This document shows positions 53,546 through 64,000 of a stretch of 64,000 bases of DNA, one piece after another (positions within the stretch are counted from its first letter, which is position 1; every line of letters begins with the position of its first letter). The stretch spans positions 372,001-436,000 of the forward strand of contig NW_026860247.1 of the NCBI RefSeq assembly GCF_026571515.1. The letters are read 5' to 3'. Made by a program: the position numbers and the translations under genes. Below the pieces are notes generated by a model that saw nothing but the letters and a program-made list of their open reading frames with translations, was not told where the DNA came from and did no database searches. Source of the stretch: Ruditapes philippinarum (taxonomy: Eukaryota).

Positions 53546-55059
53546 GTGACTGCAATCTCCATGTAATTTTAATGATTTTATTGTGTCCGAGGAGGGATCA
53601 CTTTTTCCAGATATTTAGGAAACACACATACAAAACAACAACACATACACACAAACGAATGCACTCCATCAAAATAAATTGTTAGATATCAATGTTAATG
53701 ATACGAGTTCATTTTAAATATTAAACGAACAGCTCATTTGCATATCATATTGTAATAATAAAGATAGGAAACTGTATGCAAATTTTATTCCACAGGGCAT
53801 AAATTCATGAACATATTTGTATACTTCGGGGCGTAATTACACGTGAATATTTTAATATTTTTCATGTCAATTATGTAGAATAGTTTATAGAATTATGAAT
53901 ATATTACAACATTTGCATTTTTATATAATTTAGATGGAGGCTAACCTGGTGACGATTATTACAATGCATTACATCGTTGACATTAAGTATGTACAACTAT
54001 GTTGCTTATACTCAATGCAGAGCCAGAAACTTAACAGAAATTTTATGTCATTTTGTATCATTTTTATCTCCAAAACTTTCTTGGAAATTACATTTTTACA
54101 TGTTTTAAAACTTTAATTATTGCATATCAGACAAGATTATCTACCGTTTCGGCGGTGCTAGAAAACCCCGACTTACACCCCCATGTAAGACAAGTCGCGT
54201 GCTTTAAATAAGGTATTTGCCGCGCGCCTTTTCTGAATGAATTGCGTTTTTAGGATGACGTCATTATACCGTTATGAATGAAGTTTGTAAGTTTAAACGC
54301 TACTACAAGAAAACAGTGCGTAATGAAAATATCAGTTTTCGTAATTTCTGTTCCGAGAATAAATGACAATTAATATGCAAGTTAAGGTTAAGATCAAATC
54401 AGGAAGAAAACGTTCAAGGAATATTACCGCCTCACTATCCGTGAAAGATATTTTAAAAAACCCAAAACGGCAAAATGTACGGTCTGATTGAGTCTGTTCA
54501 TGGATATGTCGCATTTAAGGTTTCATAAAGAAAATGATGCGAATGGTCCCGAAATAAAATAATACGTTTGTCCTAAAAGAGAAAACAATGGGAGGAACTA
54601 TATAAAACGGAATTTGGAAAGGGCGCCAAAGGTTATGAAGCCTGTATATCACATACAAACGGTCACAAAGGGTAACAAAAAATTAATGTTAACTTGACAT
54701 TGAAAATAAGTATTTAAGGCAAAGAGAACATAGACTTATTCAAGTTAACATTGTATTTATAAATACCAGTTAACTTTCCATAACAATCTGTGAAATGATT
54801 GGAATATTTTATATAGTCGTTCCTTATTCTAAGTTCATCTAAAATGTTTCTCAGACTGAAAACGGTTATTTTCCGCAAACAAAACTTTACGGCATAGAAA
54901 GGACCTTAAAATCTCAATTTAGATAAGTAGTTAAAGTAATCTATATGTTAATATCCAATTATTAGTCAAAATAGATAAATTTACAAATGATATTTAAATT
55001 GACATAAACGATAATAATAAGTCTTTTAATAAATTATCATTTTTCCCTTCTTTTCATTC

Positions 55060-55308
55060 AGGTTTTACATCGCCCTAACACATTTTTCCAGCTATATTGC
55101 TGGAAGAAGACTTCAGGTGTCCATCAGTGCATTATTTCAGGCACGAACGGACACCAGATAAGAACCACCGACTTTCCGTCAGGTAGCTGGATAGGTTCCC
55201 ACATGAAAGAATCCAAAGTCTCTGGTCTGGCTTTATACCAAACCTACAGCGGTGAGAAGGCAAGTGGTTGAAGTCAACGACCTTTAACCAATCGGCATGG
55301 GACGCCCC
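55060..55308 (-). mobile_element. tRNA-derived SINE, family A
   Basis: Shares ccacatgaaagaatccaaagtc and aagtcaacgac...ggacgcccc with the 11.7-kb copy. Confidence 0.8.
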
Positions 55309-55599
55309 TTGAACAATTTATGCTTCGCCTAATTATCACTTCCGTGTTAATTGAAACTTGTACTAAAGGTTAAGAAATAAATTGTACTGACATGGGACAT
55401 GAGATTAAGTTGAAGACTATGTCAATAGCTGCCTTATTCAAATAAGCATTAATATAGATTTATCTGTAAACGTGACATATTTGTATAATGTGTTGTTAAT
55501 AAAACTATCAATAACGACAGCAATATGTTCTCTGACCATTTCACATTTAGAGTGGCATTTGGCAAATAAACATTTTGCTGGTGAGTTGCTTTAACGGAT

Positions 55600-55822
55600 T
55601 GTGGCTGCGTGATCGTAAGATATGTGATCGTAAGAATATGACTATATGGGTTCAAATTACTGGAGTCTAAACATCTCTTAGCTCCAGTAGAGGAGATGAT
55701 TTTGATCCCTGGTGATGTGTTGCTTTAAGTTTGCAACAACGTGGTCAGCCACAATCACCTGTCCTGTTTCGGCGCCATGTAACCTGAAATGTGTTGATGC
55801 CAGTTGTAAAACAAAACACAAG
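55600..55822 (+). mobile_element. Degenerate SINE, family B
   Basis: B-box-like gggttcaaat at ~55648; tail cctgtttcggcgccat...gtaaaacaaaacacaa also present at 10545-10640 and 50165-50245. Confidence 0.5.
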
Positions 55823-58739
55823 TTTTTACGAAATGTTCTCTATGTCTATATGTGATGGCAGCTTTACCAGTGTTAAAGAAAATATACGCAAACGTTGTAA
55901 GTCTAGCGACCTACGACGTTAAGATTATTGAGATATTTTAGTATACCGGTTCTTATAAATTTTAAAACCGTCATACTTATTTCCTTTGGAAAATATCCAG
56001 GATGTTTAATGTTTATTCAAGTAGTTTATTAGTCCTAAAGGACAGTTGCAGCATTTAATTTCGATGTGAACTAAGCTCTTTATCATATTTATAAGTAATA
56101 AGAAGCCAATAAATAATAAATAGTACAGTATAAATGAGGAAGGCCTTTTATTGAAATTCATATCAATAAAATAATAATAGGAATCCCCAAAAAACACAGA
56201 AACGTCAAACTAAAATTTATTTAAGTCTCAATTTGATAGACCCTGTTCACGGACAGTGCTGGTAAGTACTAGTAGATCTACCGGCTTAAGCAGAATCAAC
56301 ATGTAACATGAAATGGAAAAATTTTGAATTTAGAAACATTCTTTAAATGCGAATTTTCCAGGATGCATTGCATTCAAACTAACACTCTGCGTGTTACAAA
56401 TCGTCAAAAAGCCAAAAGCCTATTTTTCTTATTTTTCTATGTTTCATATAAATCTTTATATTTAATACTTGAGACTAATTACGTGAGCATTGTGTAGTAT
56501 TTACTTGACAGTGTAAAGGATAATTCTTCATACATTTTATCACAATTTGAAGTTGTGTCTGCTATTCACGCCGTGCAACACCTGGTGATATATTTTTTTT
56601 CTGGAAAGTCTGTTACGAAACGAAATGAAATATCAGGTATTATTCTAGCAATACGACTCGATTCCATATATCAAGTTATCGGCGCTATCCAGTATTACAT
56701 ATTTTTTTTGTCACAGGTATCAAGATACAGCGTTTCATGTATGTGAAAAAACTGACCCTATGTACATTATATAACTTCTTTAGTGTTTCAAATATTTGTA
56801 TTTAATTACAGGAGACTCGACAAAATAAAACAGTAACTATCTAAAGGTATTTACTCATTCCTTGTAATGTTATTTATGTCCAACCTTTCAAGAATGGTCT
56901 TATTTTACGATGATTATTACATAAGAAAATAAAGAGGGTTGTCATGAAACTTCACGAGCACTTTATTCTCGTATGTGTAATGTATTAAAATATTAGATAC
57001 GTGATCATTTTATTTCTATGATATTTATTCAAACATATAACAAACGATGCTTTATGTAAAAATGTTTATGTTATTCTCCAAACACTTAAAGTTGTTCATT
57101 CCAACAACAACTTAGCCATGACATTTATTCTATTGTTCATCCATAATCGATGCTTGTTTACATATTTATTGCGAACTGGGAAAATTAACTAAGATTTATC
57201 ATACTAAGGAAGATAATGACAATCTCCTATACGTTTGGTGCTTTTATGTGACACTTTACAGTGAATAATTTGAGTGAACTTCAAATTTTCTACAATGAAT
57301 AATGTCACAATTACCCTTTAGCAACAAACCTTGGTCTTGTATGTTACTCGTAACAATTCTTTTCAATAAACCACACATTTATGAAAACTTGTTTCAAAAT
57401 CATAAAAAAGTTATTGCAAGGAGACAACCAACATTTCACAATTATATCATGACTTTCAAAATCAAAGTATGGCGTAGACCTTTTAGGTGCTTACTTGGCA
57501 CTTGCGCATTAAAAACGATCCCTGAACGTTGCACACGTTTATGCCATAATTGTTTTAAAATCAATTCCTGAATGACAAAATTGTTAACCGGAACAATTCT
57601 ATTCCAATGAGTTCCAACAACCATCATAAATCTTCATGAAATTCATGGGCGATATTTGTTCGACATATTATATTTTTTATAAAAGGTTATTATTCTGACC
57701 ATTTTAAGTGTATAAGTTTATTTTCTAATGTAAGAAAAACTTATCATTTAGTTCATGACATTTATGTTATCTAATATAGCTATAAAAGCAGTTTGAGTAT
57801 GCACATATCTGTAAAATTGTAGCTATCTTTAATACAAAATTCACATCCCACAATTCATCAATTACAATGGCAAGAAGGAGTTTCCGATAAATAGTTTGAA
57901 ATGGTTCTGAAAGGAACGAAACATGCAATTTATACATACATATGTGAATTATCTGTTAATAATGTAGTTACTGATGAATAAGTTGTTTTGATTACTTTCA
58001 AATTTAGATTTTTGTATGAATATTATATGGCATTGCATATAATTCATTAAGCGGTTGTACGCAATAAGTATGCATAAGTGTATATGTTTGCATACGGATG
58101 GTTCATTTCTAAACCTGATAACTATCAAGGTTAATGTTCGACTGGCTTTCATTCATTAATGTTTTAAAAACTTGTGAATGGGAATATTGCCGTTTTTACC
58201 GTTCTTTGATCTTACTCCATGATGAATTCCAGATGTACCAAAAATAACATGTTGTGTTAAATTACAGAGATTGCAATGTGAGTGTCTGTTGATTGATATA
58301 AAATCAGATAATTATTCTGGGCCGCGTCATTCCCATCCTGCTAAAGTTCAATGGAAACTCACTTTTAAATTATTAAATTACTCGTATTAAGGTTGATTAT
58401 ATATAATAGCTAAAAACTGATTTTGTTTGAAAAAAACACAAAAAAAACAACACAAAAAAACACACGTTTTCATTATTATACAAAGAAAAGTTTTGTGTGG
58501 TTACTTTAATATAACTTTTTTTGTCCCCAATATATCCCTTGTTATTTTTGTATGATTTTATGATAAAACATTTTGAATATTTTAAGGATTTTTGTCATTG
58601 TTTAACCCCTAACTGGCAACATAATCCACCTATGCGCTCAGACTAAGATTAACCGGCACACGCATGCTTTCTGATAACGGTCTGCACTGTTTTCCATTCA
58701 GTCAGTACACAATTTTTTCTTAAAATAATTAATGTTTTT

Positions 58740-58928
58740 GTCTAGACTAAAAGATGGGATATTAAGCGAGGTAAGGGTCAAACAAATTATATTTAAATGA
58801 CAAAAATAAGAACAATGTGTTTTTATGGGATCTCGTCTAGACTAAAAGATGGGATATTAAGCGAGGTAAGGGTCAAACAAATTATATTTAAATGATAAAA
58901 ATAAGAACAATGTGTTTTTATGGGATCT
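58740..58928. repeat. Recent tandem duplication, 2 x 95 bp
   Basis: tctagactaaaagatgggatattaagcgagg...tatgggatct starts at 58741 and at 58836, almost identical. Confidence 0.9.
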
Positions 58929-61900
58929 GTAAATTGTTATTTCTCTTGTTAACTTTCTTATCTTATTTCAGGCTATTTTTGGGGATATATTCTTCACTTT
59001 AAAGTAGATTGTTAAAAAATAAAAATTAAATTTATTTACGTTAAAATCGAACCATTAAATTAAATGTGAAAATTAAGACGAATAAATCTTAGATATTATA
59101 AAATTAATTAATCAATAACATAATTCAAAAAATCTATCAACTCGAATATTAAAAAGCCGAGTTGATAATTTCTTAAGGAAAGCATAATGAATTTTTATCA
59201 ATAGTTTTCTTGATAATCATAATGTAAAATAGAGAAAGCATCGTCTCTTTACTACCATGTTAGTTTTACCAATTTAAACATATTTTTATAGACAAGTGAG
59301 ATTTCTAATTTCCTTGTCCATTTATACGTCAGAAGGTATATAAATAGACCTTTGGAAGCGGTCATATAGGACCAGTATTTGATGAAGACCTTTGATTAAA
59401 AAGTGTACAAGCCGCATGAAGGGGAGGTTGTCGTATTACTGTCTTTTAAAGTTTTGAAATTGAAAAACAAAAATGGCATTTCTCTTCTTGTTTGTTATTT
59501 TTTTCATTAGTCGCAGCAAGAGGAGGTTTCCGTGTCATTGTCTTTAATATAATTGATCTTTGAAATTGAAAAACAAACATGGTATTTGGTTCCTCGTTTG
59601 TCATTTGTTTCTAGTTATCATCACAATAAATAGCGCACGATGTATAAGTTACTTCAAAGATGGTAATTGTTAATTATCTTTGATTTGCTTGCCGTTAGCA
59701 TAAAAATGACTACATGTATATAATAGATTTGTAAATTTTCCATAGAAAGTAATTTCGTTTAGTGATCCAATAAAGCAAGTAAACATACTACATAGAATTT
59801 TGAAACCTATTACATATACAAGATATTTGATATCAAAGACTTTTTGGGTGAAATATTTAGGATTTCCAAACTGAACGTATTTTATATACGTGGAATACGT
59901 ATGCAAAGTATTTACAGGTTGGGATGGCAATTTAGAAACAAATTGTATTTCTCATAAATATACGTATTTTAAATGCCTTTGAAGCAGGTCCTGTTTTGAC
60001 ATTTCGTATTTAAAGTGATGTAAATATTTTGACAACTGTTTTTTTCTTAAACGTTTAAACTAAAGCTAACAAGTAGTCTCCTTAAATTCCATAGCTGCTG
60101 CTTTTTAACCGATGATTAAAATTATTTTTAAGCTGAAGGTTTATCAAATTACTATATTGGTTACAAATGTTCAGACAGTCTAGCCGAAAAAGAAGACATA
60201 TTCCATGAAATCATTATAATGCACAAACATTGCGTTAATAGAGAAATAAAATACTTGTTGGTTTAGATCATCTATTTTATTACTATTGTTAGTAATAGAA
60301 CCAGCATATAAATCTCAGGCCAGATCTTAAATTGGACATATGAGTTGTTTTAATCTAATTTAAGTACACTCAGTCAATAACCACAACAATAAATGTGCTA
60401 GAACCTAATATAAAGATGTCAGTTATAGGAGTGTTTCGAGAAAACAAATGACCATAAAAATGATGGAATGATAAATAGCATGGCATGGTGATTTACATAT
60501 ACATTGTCAGCTCGTTGATATATCTTATATTAGACTTATTTTAATTATTACCTGACCTTTCAACCAGTGGAATATGTCTAAGAAGTCGTCTGGTAACCAA
60601 TGACGTATATTTCCCGCTTAAAAATAGAAATAGTCATTTGAAAACCTAAACAAGTTGTCAGAAGTCTAATTAGTACTTGTTTGAGAGGAAACTGATGAGT
60701 TTTTGTGTGTAAGGCCAGTGTGACATGCAAGAAGTACAGTATATATTACACCACGGACTTTATTCATACTGAGATTATACGTTAACTGAAGTAAGAATCT
60801 TATAAAAACAAGAAAATGCTTATTTATGTCCCAAATTATTATTATTACATTTGTATTGATTATTCAACAAATATATATTCTAAAAGTAAAACTCCCCTTT
60901 TCTGAAATGTTCTCATTTCGTATAGATGTCAACATTATCAAAGTTTGTTAGTATATCTTCAATTTCATTGTCTAATTATACAAGTGTTGGCTTATTGATC
61001 ATAATAAAGCAACTTGTGATACTTGTTGAAGATTGGGGCTTGGTGTTCTTAAAGTAAAGTCAACAGACTGTGTCAACATTGCTGCTAACGGTTGTTTCTG
61101 TTATGCCATATTTACTGTGTTTTAGTACTTATATTGAATGTAGCACTTAACAATTTGCATCTTTATATATTTGCTATGATCAGATACCAATGTTAGGGAG
61201 TAAAATTAGATTAACACCGGGTCTGGCAATGATTTGTATGAGGTATGAAACAAAATAAAACTGAATAACTATGAATAAAATAGCTGATGATATGACAAAT
61301 TACAAACGCCAATATGAGACACGGTCTTAGATTTTTATATGATGACTTCGTTAACACTCCTCAATTTCCCTCTGGGGGATCGCCCCTTCCTTTACTTTAA
61401 CTCAACAAACAGTTCGATTACAAATACTGCTGATCATTAGGTCAGACAGGGAGTGTCCCCGTTAAAAGATAACTATGTCTATACTTAAGACAACCGCCAT
61501 GAACAAAGCGAAATAAGTAAAAGAAAAATAATTATTTTCATTTGGCCTATAACAAATTGTTGCAGATTTTATTTTTTTTAAGCAAATATAACATAGTTTG
61601 TATTCAAGAAACGTAACTGTATTCCATAGATCTTAAGAGTTTATGTTATTAGAATTGTATTAAAAATTTATATTTTAGAATTATATTCATTTCACTGTAT
61701 CGAAAAGACTGGCCACTGTGTGCTATTTCTACGGTCTGGTGTATATGCTACCGAAAAACTCTGGATATTCTGCTGGAGATTGATGTGGTAGAAATTATGT
61801 CTCCTGTAAGTAGCTGATGAGAAACATGTTTCATTTTACAAAATTATTTTAAGCTGAATGAGATGAATATTTTATATTGTCAAAATGATTGACGCTTGAA

Positions 61901-64000
61901 CTCACTAAGACTACATTATTGATCTGCTGCTAATTTTAACCAATGTGGTAAGTTCAATTATGATAAATAAATTTTTAAGCAAACAGAATGAGCATATGAA
62001 CAGTACTGTTTGATTTTAATGGAAGTTGAATGATAACTTTATAACTGGATATAATAATTTATAAAATTTACATTTAAAGAAACTGCAAAGCCAAAGTCAT
62101 TTAAATAGACTTGCAATGTTTTCTCTAGATATTTCAACGTAACTGTGATTATTAATATTTTTTAAAAAAGACATAAATGATATTCTTAATGCTTGATAGC
62201 CATAACAGAGAACAGAATATGGTGAATCAGGTTGAAATACACCTTTTTTCGTAAAAAGCCCTGATGGTATGTCATTTATGTGTCATAAATACACACCTGC
62301 CTTGTCAAGCTGTAATACCATTCAACTGAGTAAAGTAAATGTATATTGTTCAAATTGTTTTGCTATTGTATATCATAGCGCTATATTCACCTTATCCAAA
62401 TCCATGTCTAAAAATAAAATATCGTGACTACAAATGTTTCATCTGATAGCTATAAAAAGACAACTTAATATTACACCTATCTAAAATATTAAACTATTGT
62501 TTACAGTTTTATATAAAAGCGCTAAACAGGCAACTGAACACAACTACAAGTGTTGTTAGAGAAATCAACACTGATATTTAAAAAAATAAAATGCATCGAT
62601 TTCTGTAGCAATTGGATGAGCATGAGCTTCCAGTCAGAATATTGTGAGTGCAATTGAAGGACAACACATGCAATTAAGTGATACAAAACTCATAAACAAC
62701 CACATCAATCAATGCTACGTGAATAAATGGGTTGTAAATTATCTCAATATCATGAAAAAATTATGTTAAGCAAGAATGCACAATTGCAGCATAGAAACGC
62801 ACTTGATTTATTTATTATAACGCCTTATGTGATGCCAAAAGCTGCCAATCCGTAATGTCACATGACACCATCACTTTTCAGTCAGCTGACATTGCCAAAC
62901 GTCCCAAACGTAAATATTCATTTGTTCGGCAAAATAAAATAAATTCCACAACCCAAAACGAGTGATAGAACAAACGTTCACCCTCAACAAGATAATGTCA
63001 AATTCGGCTAGCGCCTCGTTTACATCTCTTGTCTCAGGTTAACATTTCCTTCTGTTACCCCAGTGGGTTAGATATTTATATAATACATACAGACAAAAAG
63101 TAAAACATGGACATTTTTCCACTAAGAGCGGGCGTATTTTGATGTTGTTGACAGTAAAATGTATTTACAAATACTATCTGTTAAAATAATCTTTGAATGC
63201 TGTTATTTACTGTTTAAATAACCTATTTCTAAATGATTTATTAATATTCAATAACTGATTTGGATAAAGTTGATTTACATCCTGTGTATAAATGAATTGT
63301 TTCTCTAGCTGCAATACCTTATACTTATATTTCAAAAATTGGATGTTAAAATGGTGATTGACCAACAGTTGATATTGCAAAATGTTTATGAAATATAAAT
63401 CTGGCTTAAATGTGAAAAAAGCTGCCCTACTCTTTTTTATAAACTGAATGTTACTGTTATATTTACAGTCTATGTGCATATTTACAGAAATTTGTTAGTT
63501 ATTTATAAGTTAACAAATGTTTCTGCAAGATTTTGTGAACGGAAGTTTTCATCGTCACACAAGAGGTTTACAATACGTAAAACCATTATTAATTCATCAA
63601 ACTTGAATTTAGTAATATAATTGTATTTTCAGATTATCTTGTGTAATTTGTGTTCTGTTTTCGTCTTCGATAGGAAATGAAGTGTAAGCGTTTGATTTTT
63701 AGTTTGGTTACTTTATTTACTAGTAGTTATCAATCCCTAAAATGCATATTGAATTATATATGAAAGTAGTGGCAGTCTCCCAGAACAGACATGAAAATAA
63801 CCCTCATTGCGTCCTTGTTTACAACTAACACTGCGCATCAGTTAGGATTAAAGTACAAAAATGATGAATATGAACTATGAAACTAGACAAGACAAATCAT
63901 TGGGGAAATACATAGCCTCCATTCTCTGCGCTCTATATTTTCCATGTCAATAAACCAGGCAACCTGTATAACTGTTCTCAAACAGATTGCTACAAGGAAT

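Noticed and set aside
62950-63080. End of a non-autonomous DNA element (imperfect palindrome around tcggctagcgcctcg)
   Set aside because: Single degenerate copy with no partner end identified in the window
54590-63700. Possible + strand gene start (TATA at ~54599; AG/GT-bounded mini-exons near 56716, 56812, 58268 and 63633)
   Set aside because: No consistent reading frame or recognisable protein; such splice-like signals are expected by chance in AT-rich DNA

Overview
AT-rich eukaryotic genomic DNA, most likely from a bivalve mollusc (inferred from the repeat types). The left third (1-22.4 kb, minus strand) carries the 5' two-thirds of an intron-rich thioester-containing protein gene (TEP/CD109-like, alpha-2-macroglobulin superfamily). 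I reconstructed it exon by exon: a non-coding first exon, a signal-peptide exon (ATG at 20769), macroglobulin-domain exons, the bait-like region, an intact GCGEQ thioester motif and the catalytic His. The gene runs off the left edge. The most interesting signal is a second, previously hidden bait-region exon (~6772-6970) that again appears to end in RVRKxFPETWxW, which suggests mutually exclusive splicing of the variable region. It sits in a patch of homopolymer-inflated, low-quality sequence that also corrupts two constitutive exons. The protein also has two Thr/Pro-rich inserts, and one intron holds decayed copies of a neighbouring exon. The remaining ~41 kb has no intact gene. It contains SINEs, a LINE RT fragment, a mariner fragment, a heavily decayed Ty3/Gypsy pol, a ~165-bp satellite-bearing element, most of the ~10 copies of an unclassified double-hairpin repeat, and a ~4-kb diverged duplication carrying fossil ankyrin-repeat sequence with a near-identical core. 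Two palindromic MITEs lie in the TEP introns. Most ORFs in the supplied track are spurious.
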